Source: a virus (lineage: Duplodnaviria > Caudoviricetes). Taken from it: a DNA stretch of 36,984 nucleotides. The translations under genes and the position numbers were made by a program. The notes beneath the pieces are model-generated. The model worked only from the letters and a program-made list of their open reading frames with translations. It searched no databases and had not been told where the DNA came from. Shown one piece after another: positions 29,401-36,942 of the stretch; the stretch's first letter is position 1; each line of letters opens with the position of its first letter. The stretch covers positions 1 through 36,984 of the IMG/VR virus record IMGVR_UViG_3300026266_000001. The stretch is one strand, 5' to 3'.

Positions 29401-29889
29401 CTAATTAATTATTTCTTGATTGTTCACGCAACGCACAAAGTACATACGGTTGTCATCTTCTAGGTCTATAATATCAAACTTATGGTAGAGTAAAAACTTC
29501 TTTAGCCCTTTTCTTCTTGAATCTGCTATGTTAAATATCAAATCAAAGTGTGTATTAAAGACTTCTACCCATGCTTTTGACTCTCTTAAGAATATAAACT
29601 TTTCTTTTTTATTCATGTTGTTAGACATTAAAAGCCATATTCTACCAGCATTTTTATACATCTTGTTGTTAACAGGGGGTGTATCTCTAAAGATTCCCCA
29701 CATCATCATAGGTCCATGCTTGTTTACAGCTACCCATGATATGTCTTGTTGGTGTTCATCTAATGCTTGAATACATGCTTCCATTGGTGTGTGTCCAAGT
29801 AGCTCACATTCTGCAATATCTTCGTCTGTTAGATTACCAGCTAATGCTGTGACTAAGTGTAGGTCAGGTTTGAATATACTAATTGCCAC
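29401..29889 (-). CDS. T7 gp13-like / acetyltransferase-fold protein
   Basis: NLTDEDIAEC...G.TP, GRIWLL, FLRESKAWV and LIFN motifs. Confidence 0.55.
   Translation of the reverse strand: MAISIFKPDLHLVTALAGNLTDEDIAECELLGHTPMEACIQALDEHQQDISWVAVNKHGPMMMWGIFRDTPPVNNKMYKNAGRIWLLMSNNMNKKEKFIFLRESKAWVEVFNTHFDLIFNIADSRRKGLKKFLLYHKFDIIDLEDDNRMYFVRCVNNQEIIN
29428..29437 (-). promoter_or_regulatory. Late motif TGTGCGTTGC upstream of the capsid gene
   Basis: Identical to the copy at 32676-32685. Confidence 0.55.
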
Positions 29890-30655
29890 CTAATTTCTGA
29901 AACCCATCATTCACTTCTTGAACGAATTGTTCATCTCGCCTATTCTGATCCCAGTATCTTGGATCGTTCATCTTAGCTCTTAGATCATCTATAGTTAATT
30001 GGCCTGTGCCTTTATCTACTCCATCAGCAGTATTAACACTAGCTACTCCCATATTCATAACTCTTTCAAGGAAACGAATACCAGTAGCAGATTGACCTAG
30101 CTGAACAACAATATCTAATTCTTCATTCTGAAAATTCTTAGATGCCCAATTTGTTACGCTATCTATTCTTGCATCAGCATTATCGCCTAGCTTTTTCTTT
30201 TCAGAATCTAAGTCTTGTTCAACAATAGTAGACTGAGCAAATTGTTTTATACCCTCATGGAATTGTTCATCATTAAATCCCTGTTCAAATGCTGTCTTTT
30301 TCCACCAGTCTAACATAGGATTAGCAAGTATATCTTCTTGTGTGAATCCCTCTATCTCTGGAATTGTATAAGCATTTTCATCTTCTGGTCTATCTTTCAT
30401 TTGCTCTGCTTTAAGTTCACCTACCAGTTCTTCCTTAAAGTCATCTTTTCTTTTACCAATCATACCCTCTAATTCTGTATATGATTTAGCTAAAGCTATG
30501 TCGTCTAGCTTTCCATCTTTCCAAAACTTTTCTGGTACATGTTCAGGTCTGGTTGGAGTCTGGCTTTCGGTTGGTGCAGATTGGGTGGGAGGGAGATCGC
30601 CAGACTCCGTTGTTTCTTCTACTGCTTGTGGTTCTACTAAAGATTCATCATTCAT
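29879..30655 (-). CDS. Capsid assembly scaffolding protein
   Basis: RPEHVPEKFW...LAKSYTELE; acidic; C-terminal MNDPRYW; synteny. Confidence 0.85.
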   Translation of the reverse strand: MNDESLVEPQAVEETTESGDLPPTQSAPTESQTPTRPEHVPEKFWKDGKLDDIALAKSYTELEGMIGKRKDDFKEELVGELKAEQMKDRPEDENAYTIPEIEGFTQEDILANPMLDWWKKTAFEQGFNDEQFHEGIKQFAQSTIVEQDLDSEKKKLGDNADARIDSVTNWASKNFQNEELDIVVQLGQSATGIRFLERVMNMGVASVNTADGVDKGTGQLTIDDLRAKMNDPRYWDQNRRDEQFVQEVNDGFQKLGGN

Positions 30656-30920
30656 TTGTTTGCTCCTGTGTTGCTTGATGTTGTCTTATTCTTGTTTCAA
30701 TAACACCAACTAAAAACCTCTGGCCCTCTAAATGAAACAAAGCATCAGCTTTTATTTCTGGTCCAGCTACTCTTTCTGTTGTTATTGATTTTAAATATTT
30801 AAGTGTTTCAATTCCATGTGGTGTTCCGAAAGTAGTAGCCAATAAATCATTTAACAAATCATTATCTTTCTTACTTGTTTCATATCCATCAGGACCCAAT
30901 ATCTTCTGTTGTTTGGTCAT
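30648..30920 (-). CDS. Conserved small protein between portal and scaffold (Bbp19-like)
   Basis: TFGTPHG...LKYL...EGQRFLV..I motif; start moved to 30920. Confidence 0.7.
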   Translation of the reverse strand: MTKQQKILGPDGYETSKKDNDLLNDLLATTFGTPHGIETLKYLKSITTERVAGPEIKADALFHLEGQRFLVGVIETRIRQHQATQEQTNE

Positions 30921-32424
30921 TTGGTATAGCTCCCATCTGTTGTGCCTGTTGTAAAACTTGCTGTCTATCAGCATCAGTCATTAACAAATCCTCTGGCACG
31001 GAGAATTTTTTAGCTAAGAATTTAGCAACTTCATCACCTTTAACTAACATAGGTAACATCTGTGGTCCAAACCTAGCCATGACCAATTCTAAAAATCTAT
31101 CTACTGATGCAATATCAGTTTGCATTTGTGCTTGTGCTAATGGAGAGATACTTACTACTTTAATTTCTCTGCCATTAATCTGTGGTACTTCTATTCTACC
31201 CTGTTTCTTAAGTATGTGTATAACTCTGCGTAAGATTGGAGTGACCAGCTCTGCTTGTAATCTTCCAAAGGCTGATCCAATTCTTCTTGAAAGGTCTGCC
31301 ATTCTTTCTGCAATTTCTGTTGCAGAGGCTGGGGTTTTGTTTGGATCACCAAGCATATCATTGTATAAAGCTCTTTTGATATTGTTACGCATATCCGATA
31401 AGATAATATCAGATATTCTAAAATCACCAGCATTTTGTATTGGTTGGAGTCCAGACGAGCCTGGAGCTTTTGGTATGACTGTACCCGGCAATAACTGTAT
31501 TGTATCTGTATTAACAATACCATCATCTTCCAGTTGGTATATACCTGAGATAGCCATCTGCGCATTTTCTAATATCATCTCCACAGTTAAATTAGTAGTC
31601 TTGATTGCTGCCATAGCGTTCATCAATGGTCCACGACCGTATACTTCTCCAGCACATTTACCCCAACGGAAACAAATATATGGATTAGAACCATTACCAT
31701 CCATTTCTCTATGGACTATCTTACGCTTTTCTTCTTTAACTATAACACAGAAATGATATTTCTCATCAGGTAAAACAGAATAATCTCTGTATACTGTTTC
31801 TACTATTGTAACTTTTCTATCAGGATTTCTTTCGATATTCATTTTCATATCTTCTGATACATCAGCATCAGGATATGCAATAGGTATATCTCTATATCGT
31901 ACTAATCTTTTCCGATATATCGTGTCAATATCGTCTTGAGGTCCTGTGTCCAAGCAGATATGAGGGAGCGGAATTGCTGTAAAGTTGACAGGGTTAATTG
32001 CGTCACCTTCTTCCACAAGTAAGCAACCTGTTCCAACAGCCAAGTCCAAGAAGCTTTCATGTACTTCTTGATTAAAGTTGGAATTTTGCAGAACTTCAAA
32101 TACATATTCTGTAACATCATCGAGAGCTTTGTTAACATCTAATCTTTCCTCCTCAGGAACTTCTTGTCCTCCTACTAAGTCAGCCCATCTGGCAAAGTTG
32201 GGAACAATTCCAGCTTGTAGTCTTGAAGCAAACTCTTGTACTCCTACTACAGCTGTTTCATCAAAAATTTTGTCATGTCTATTTGCACCTTGAGATTCTT
32301 GAAAGAAGCTTTCTCTTTGTGGTAGTGCATATTCATAACATTCTTCAAAGGTAGGAGTCCATAATTGTTTAGTGGCCTCCGCTTTAGTATACCTTTCGAG
32401 TATTTGTTTTACATCATCTACCAT
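30889..32424 (-). CDS. Portal (head-tail connector), T7 gp8-like
   Basis: FDETAV, SNFNQEVHESFLDL..GTG, RW....GEVYGRGP and SATEI motifs. Confidence 0.95.
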   Translation of the reverse strand: MVDDVKQILERYTKAEATKQLWTPTFEECYEYALPQRESFFQESQGANRHDKIFDETAVVGVQEFASRLQAGIVPNFARWADLVGGQEVPEEERLDVNKALDDVTEYVFEVLQNSNFNQEVHESFLDLAVGTGCLLVEEGDAINPVNFTAIPLPHICLDTGPQDDIDTIYRKRLVRYRDIPIAYPDADVSEDMKMNIERNPDRKVTIVETVYRDYSVLPDEKYHFCVIVKEEKRKIVHREMDGNGSNPYICFRWGKCAGEVYGRGPLMNAMAAIKTTNLTVEMILENAQMAISGIYQLEDDGIVNTDTIQLLPGTVIPKAPGSSGLQPIQNAGDFRISDIILSDMRNNIKRALYNDMLGDPNKTPASATEIAERMADLSRRIGSAFGRLQAELVTPILRRVIHILKKQGRIEVPQINGREIKVVSISPLAQAQMQTDIASVDRFLELVMARFGPQMLPMLVKGDEVAKFLAKKFSVPEDLLMTDADRQQVLQQAQQMGAIPNDQTTEDIGS

Positions 32425-32427
32425 AGT

Positions 32428-32631
32428 CTATGAGCCTAGAGGATAACCTCTACCCCCACTCAATCCACTAATAAGTGATCGTCTACCAAATCCAGATTGC
32501 AATAATCTTTCGGCTTCCGTTGCCTCAGTCTTAAGTCTAGTACGCTCGTCTAGCTCTCCCTTTAGTTGAGCTGCTCTTGCTGCTTTTGCGTCTTGACTTT
32601 CCTTTGGCGGTTTTGGTGTTTTTATACACAT
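32428..32631 (-). CDS. Small virion protein upstream of portal
   Basis: MC...PKPP...GRRSLI pattern typical of this position. Confidence 0.7.
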   Translation of the reverse strand: MCIKTPKPPKESQDAKAARAAQLKGELDERTRLKTEATEAERLLQSGFGRRSLISGLSGGRGYPLGS

Positions 32632-32675
32632 ATTTTTTCATCCTTTAAGCATTGGTAGTAACAATTAGAAATTGA

Positions 32676-32685
32676 GCAACGCACA
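32676..32685 (-). promoter_or_regulatory. Late motif TGTGCGTTGC upstream of the portal operon
   Basis: Intergenic, about 45 nt upstream of ATG 32631. Confidence 0.55.
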
Positions 32686-32763
32686 TTACTTTTTCATCCA
32701 GAAGTTTAACAGCAATACTAGGAGTGCTGCAATACCAAATATATCAAAATAAGTAAGTGTCAT
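32686..32763 (-). CDS. 25-aa hydrophobic peptide (not in ORF track)
   Basis: MTLTYFDIFGIAALLVLLLNFWMKK*; TAATG coupling to the terL stop; GGAG upstream. Confidence 0.45.
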   Translation of the reverse strand: MTLTYFDIFGIAALLVLLLNFWMKK

Positions 32764-34283
32764 TAGAATTTACTCCAGAAACTTTTTTCTTTTTTTCTAG
32801 CTCTTTTCTTATCAAATGGATTAAAGGATGCCTTTACTTGAAAAGCATCCCTTAATGCGTTCCCATGTGTTATCCCTCTGCCCTCACCAGAACCTAGCAT
32901 CAGGTATTGTAGGGCATCATGCACATGGGAGAATCTGTTTTTGTTTGGTGTTTCTTGGTATCTTTCCTGTCCTGTTACTTGTAATCTTCTATAGTGATAG
33001 CCACCATCAAACCCAGCTATAAGTTCTTTACATCTTTTATCTATGATTACTCCAGACTGGCCCTCAAGCATACGAGTTAGTCCAGCATTTACAGACTCTA
33101 ACCTTAGACTTACATCATTACTAGGTGCTGGATAGACTTGTACTCCAGCTCCTCTCATTATCTGGAATGGTGTACTCTCATCAGTCTGCGCTCTGAAGTC
33201 ACCAGCTGGATCACCCCACATTTGTAGGTCACAACCCTGATAATTCTGTGCAATCTCTTGTCGCATTAGCTCTGCAAAGCGTACAATACCCATGTCAATA
33301 CACACAACTTCCTTTAAGATGTTCCATCTTCCGCGAATTTTTTGGGCAAATACGGCAGCTGGAGTCAATCCAAAGTCCATACCTACATAGACTGTATTGC
33401 CATTTGCCACCGGTATATGTTCTTCTGCTACATGAATGAGCTTATTAAAGTCTGGATATACTGGTTTACCATCATCTAATCTACCTAATCGGTTCATAAC
33501 ATAGATGTCTATCCAAGATTTAGTCTTACCATTGACTATATTCTTGTAGTATTCTGGGGTTAAATGCTTTTTGTTTTCTGCTTTATCGTTAGATTTGTAA
33601 CCTATAACTTCATTCTCATCATTCTTATCTTCAATCATACCTCCTGGCTGATTCCAAAATGCCCAGTTATCAGGCTTTACTAACATTAATGCTTCTTCTC
33701 GTGATATATGTTCTGGTACTATAGAGTCACCAGCCATGATAGCCCACCAATGATCTTCTTCTGGAGCGTTGGTATCACATATAACTCCGTACCATGACGG
33801 TCCACCATCTTTCATAGAGGGGTATCTACCCACTCTCATAGTACACGCATCAATAATAGACTTAGGAATCTCTCTTGCCTCGTTCACCCATATACCAGTT
33901 AGCTCTAATGATAGCAGTTTCTTTACATCTTCTGGTCTATCTAGGGCTAAAAAGATAATCTCAACATCTAAATCGCCTTTTTTTATGTGGTGTGTAAAGG
34001 GAACAGACCATCTAAAGTTTCCCCAATCATTCTCAGGAAACCAGTCAAGCCATGTTTTTATAGTTGTTGTGCGTAATTGTGGGTTAGTATTCCTTATAAC
34101 TGCCCATCTGCTGCGCCTTTTTCCATCTTCCGATGGCTTTTGTAGTAAGGCACGCCTAAACATTTCTATGCAACATGCTACAGATTTGCCAGAACCTACT
34201 GGACCACGAAGCCCACGAAAGAACGAATCATCTTTCATAAAGGTTTTCAAGGTGTCGCCATCTGGTTTGTATTTAAGTTGCAC
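32763..34283 (-). CDS. terL: Terminase large subunit
   Basis: Walker A GPVGSGKS, Walker B IWVNEARE, DTNAP, nuclease GMDFGLTPA and SHVHDALQY. Confidence 0.97.
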   Translation of the reverse strand: MQLKYKPDGDTLKTFMKDDSFFRGLRGPVGSGKSVACCIEMFRRALLQKPSEDGKRRSRWAVIRNTNPQLRTTTIKTWLDWFPENDWGNFRWSVPFTHHIKKGDLDVEIIFLALDRPEDVKKLLSLELTGIWVNEAREIPKSIIDACTMRVGRYPSMKDGGPSWYGVICDTNAPEEDHWWAIMAGDSIVPEHISREEALMLVKPDNWAFWNQPGGMIEDKNDENEVIGYKSNDKAENKKHLTPEYYKNIVNGKTKSWIDIYVMNRLGRLDDGKPVYPDFNKLIHVAEEHIPVANGNTVYVGMDFGLTPAAVFAQKIRGRWNILKEVVCIDMGIVRFAELMRQEIAQNYQGCDLQMWGDPAGDFRAQTDESTPFQIMRGAGVQVYPAPSNDVSLRLESVNAGLTRMLEGQSGVIIDKRCKELIAGFDGGYHYRRLQVTGQERYQETPNKNRFSHVHDALQYLMLGSGEGRGITHGNALRDAFQVKASFNPFDKKRARKKEKSFWSKF

Positions 34284-34473
34284 GCTTACTGATCCTTTTC
34301 TCGTAACATGGTAGACAAAGTATTATCTCACCACCAGTAATAACAAATTTATCTCCTTGATGCACAGACCTTTCGCATATACGACACGGCCCTATAACTC
34401 CTCCCCTTTTGTTTCGATACAGCTCCTGAGGTGTCATATCCCTCTTTAACTTCTTCTTCTTTACTCCGACCAC
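34273..34473 (-). CDS. Small CxxC...CxxC zinc-binding protein
   Basis: CRIC / CLPC; GTG start with GGAGG. Confidence 0.65.
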   Translation of the reverse strand: MVGVKKKKLKRDMTPQELYRNKRGGVIGPCRICERSVHQGDKFVITGGEIILCLPCYEKRISKRAT

Positions 34474-34733
34474 TATTCCTCCGTGTAGTGTTCCACCCTA
34501 TCGCTAAATGCTTTTCGGACAAAATGATCCAAAAAATTTTTCTGGAATAAGAGAGTATAGATGTCCTTATCCTCCGCATATACTCCAACCCTACCATCAC
34601 CATGCTCAACAACACAAGTGAGAGATACAATGTCATCCCTATACTTGATAAGGTGATCCAGTACAGAATCAGTTGTATGCCTTGTGTTATCATCGTTACC
34701 AGTAAACTCTATTATGTTGTTATCATTTGACAT
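34473..34733 (-). CDS. Hypothetical protein
   Basis: ORF 34473-34751; likely start at MSND (34733). Confidence 0.65.
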   Translation of the reverse strand: MSNDNNIIEFTGNDDNTRHTTDSVLDHLIKYRDDIVSLTCVVEHGDGRVGVYAEDKDIYTLLFQKNFLDHFVRKAFSDRVEHYTEE

Positions 34734-34742
34734 GATGTTGTA

Positions 34743-34776
34743 ACTATACACCAGTATTGACGAACCCTAACGCACA
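34743..34776 (-). promoter_or_regulatory. Motif TGTGCGTTAG with a downstream -10 TATAGT
   Basis: Variant motif at 34776-34767 and TATAGT at 34748-34743, upstream of the terL operon. Confidence 0.5.
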
Positions 34777-34856
34777 AAAATATTTAAGAGCTTTTTTTAA
34801 GAATAATGTTTGAGGAGGACAAGTAACAGCAAGTGGAGTAGGGGTTTTGACCCCCC

Positions 34857-35228
34857 CTACGACAAATCAATAGATATTTTGATGTCACCATCCAGAAGAT
34901 GTTGTGTCCTTTCTGGCGGTTTGAATCCAGCTCTATCTAATATATCCTTAGACGCTTCAAGCTGAACATACTCTGACTTAGCTCCACCAGAAAGGTTAAC
35001 CATCTTCTGCATTGCCTTAGCAGATGCGATACCGATGTGTTCAGCAGTTCCTTTCATAAGAGCTTGTTGAATATGTGGGAGTTTCAGTAACTTACTGGCT
35101 TGAACACTTGCGTTCTTGTCTGAGTAACCAGCATCGATACAAGCTCTCTTACCATTTCCGCCGTTGGTTAAATAGTTATCCACGAATTGCATCTGCAAGT
35201 CTGTTAAATTAGTGACATCATTAGCCAT
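34857..35228 (-). CDS. terS: Terminase small subunit
   Basis: LTDLQMQFVDNYL...ACIDAGYS...ASKLLKLPHI HTH and ASKDILDRAG motifs. Confidence 0.85.
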   Translation of the reverse strand: MANDVTNLTDLQMQFVDNYLTNGGNGKRACIDAGYSDKNASVQASKLLKLPHIQQALMKGTAEHIGIASAKAMQKMVNLSGGAKSEYVQLEASKDILDRAGFKPPERTQHLLDGDIKISIDLS

Positions 35229-35259
35229 GTATCATACCTCACGGTTAGTTGCTCTGCCG

Positions 35260-35289
35260 ATTATACAGTTATGATTCGTTTCATGTCAA
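35260..35289 (-). promoter_or_regulatory. Consensus sigma70 promoter for the terS/late arm
   Basis: TTGACA (35289-35284), 18-nt spacer, TATAAT (35265-35260). Confidence 0.75.
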
Positions 35290-35294
35290 GACTG

Positions 35295-35303
35295 TTATCC
35301 ACA
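35295..35303 (+). promoter_or_regulatory. Perfect DnaA box TTATCCACA next to the -35 of the terS promoter
   Basis: Exact consensus 9-mer, 5 nt from TTGACA. Confidence 0.55.
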
Positions 35304-35442
35304 TGGCTAATAAAATATCTGTGATTTGTTTAAGACATTGGTATATCGAACCATTTAGCTAGTGCATAAGCTGGTAATAAGACAAAGTGAACGATATAGC
35401 CTGTAGCATGGATATATATACCTAGTATTTCTAGTAATATGT

Positions 35443-35745
35443 TCATATCAATAGCTCCTTTCTTTCTAATAGCATGCTATTACGCATAGAGAGAGGAGGT
35501 CGAGTTGCCCAATAATAGACTTCAGCATAATCAACAACCTGAAGTAAATCCTTGCGCGTAATAGCTAAATGCGGACAGTTCGGATGACGGTTATATTTGA
35601 ACAGATACCACGATTTATCGGACAATATCATGAGTTCCCTATCATATTCTTCTGCGTCTAAAAGACCATTTCTAAATTGTTCATCAAGTAATGTAGCTTG
35701 TTTAATATAAGCATTGTTTTCTCTATGTTCTTTTGTTAGTGTCAT
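35443..35745 (-). CDS. Hypothetical protein; its 5' half forms one arm of hairpin A
   Basis: 100-aa ORF with strong RBS TAAGGAG. Confidence 0.7.
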   Translation of the reverse strand: MTLTKEHRENNAYIKQATLLDEQFRNGLLDAEEYDRELMILSDKSWYLFKYNRHPNCPHLAITRKDLLQVVDYAEVYYWATRPPLSMRNSMLLERKELLI

Positions 35746-36007
35746 TGTATAATCTCCTTATAATATGCACATGGCTTGACTATATGGCTACGAATGGCAA
35801 TATGTCTGGGTGCGGGCAGTTCAGCATAGCTGAACAACACGGCTTATTGCCATGAAGTAATCGCCATATAGTAATGTGCATTGGTTCTAAGGAATTATAC
35901 ATGACCGATGGAACACAGAGAAAATCATGCTTTTGAAAGCACATTACTGTGGCATTTAGAAATGAAGAAGAAATGATAGGGGCTTATGCTGTCCGATGTC
36001 GTGTATC
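35604..36007. repeat. Long imperfect inverted repeat A (apex 35826-35828)
   Basis: More than ten nested complementary blocks, e.g. 35779-35788/35863-35872, 35667-35677/35954-35964, 35617-35624/35990-35997. Confidence 0.92.
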
Positions 36008-36076
36008 AATTCAGTAATGACCACGAATGAGTCACAGAGGTGACGCTTCTTTGTTGATGTCGTGGTATCAATTCAG
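35995..36076 (+). repeat. Direct repeat GATGTCGT(G)GTATCAATTCAG x2
   Basis: Copies at 35995-36014 and 36056-36076 differ by one inserted G. Confidence 0.9.
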
Positions 36077-36478
36077 ACGGTGCAGGCCTTATCACTTTGT
36101 CGTGAGGTGTACTCATTTGAACTCCTTATTACTTTGGTTATGGCTATGAAATTTGGAGTCTTAATCATACGACAGGACGCGCCTTAACGCAGTCAAATCA
36201 ACCTCGTGGAGGGCTATAGGGCGCGATTTGACTGCAGTCACGCCTGTGTATGATTGACTCTGGCAATTTCGCCATAACCTTTTATAAGGAGTATAAAATG
36301 AGTAATATAACTCACGATAACAAAGTGATTAAGGACACTTTAAACCTTACTGTAATTGAAAACGACATCAACAAAGAAGGAAAATATAATGGATATTATA
36401 TTTCTGGTTCTGATAAAGTTGCTTATAGCAACTCTGTCGCAAGGCGACTAGTTACTTCTAAGATTCGTGGTCATTACT
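36013..36478. repeat. Long imperfect inverted repeat B (apex about 36200-36224)
   Basis: Nested perfect blocks: 16 bp 36013-36028/36463-36478, 18 bp 36046-36063/36362-36379, 11 bp 36189-36199/36225-36235. Confidence 0.95.
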
Positions 36479-36942
36479 ATGAAATACAGGAACTTAAGCG
36501 TTCTGAAGTTAGAGCTATTGATTTCAAGCAATCATTACTTGAGAAAGAATGTTCTGATATTAATCTTCAGAGAGCTGATGATAACCTCAAAGGTATTCAA
36601 CAAGCATTATCTATTATGATTGCTGAAATCCCAGTATATGATGAGGCATTAGCTTTCTTTAGTCAGAAAGCAGACGCTCCTACATATCAATCTATTGTTA
36701 ATGCTCTTAGAAATAGAGCAAGAAATAACAATATCCGAAAGGCTGTAACTAGAGAGTATAAACCTCTCACTAAAGCTCAACTCAATAAGATAAGTATTGA
36801 TGATGAGCCAGTTCGTATGCCTTTCGGTGATAACGAAATGGAGTCCGATGTAGCTTCCGATATTAATTCACATACTTCAACAGTATTGAATGGGAAAGCT
36901 AATCCGAATACTGAAGTCCAGACTTCAGAAGTTATATCTTAG
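36298..36942 (+). CDS. Hypothetical first early protein; its 5' part forms one arm of hairpin B
   Basis: ORF 36250-36942; start moved to ATG 36298 (TAAGGAG at 36285-36291). Confidence 0.8.
   Translation: MSNITHDNKVIKDTLNLTVIENDINKEGKYNGYYISGSDKVAYSNSVARRLVTSKIRGHYYEIQELKRSEVRAIDFKQSLLEKECSDINLQRADDNLKGIQQALSIMIAEIPVYDEALAFFSQKADAPTYQSIVNALRNRARNNNIRKAVTREYKPLTKAQLNKISIDDEPVRMPFGDNEMESDVASDINSHTSTVLNGKANPNTEVQTSEVIS

Noticed and set aside
30875-31756. 293-aa + strand ORF
   Set aside because: Antisense shadow of the portal gene, with no RBS or recognisable motifs.
33769-34314. 181-aa + strand ORF
   Set aside because: Antisense shadow of terL.
34349-34693. 114-aa alternative-frame ORF
   Set aside because: It overlaps two coupled genes (34273-34473 and 34473-34733) and lacks an RBS.
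35995-36076. Direct repeat pair as a mini-CRISPR array
   Set aside because: Only two short non-identical copies and no cas genes. The intervening sequence is explained as part of the hairpin B arm.
35604-36478. Retron, DGR template or transposon-end explanation for the inverted repeats
   Set aside because: No reverse transcriptase, transposase or recombinase is visible, and the differences are gaps rather than adenine-specific substitutions.
35604-36478. Amplification fold-back artefact
   Set aside because: Such chimeras give near-perfect inverted copies. These arms are gapped and diverged while both ORFs remain intact.
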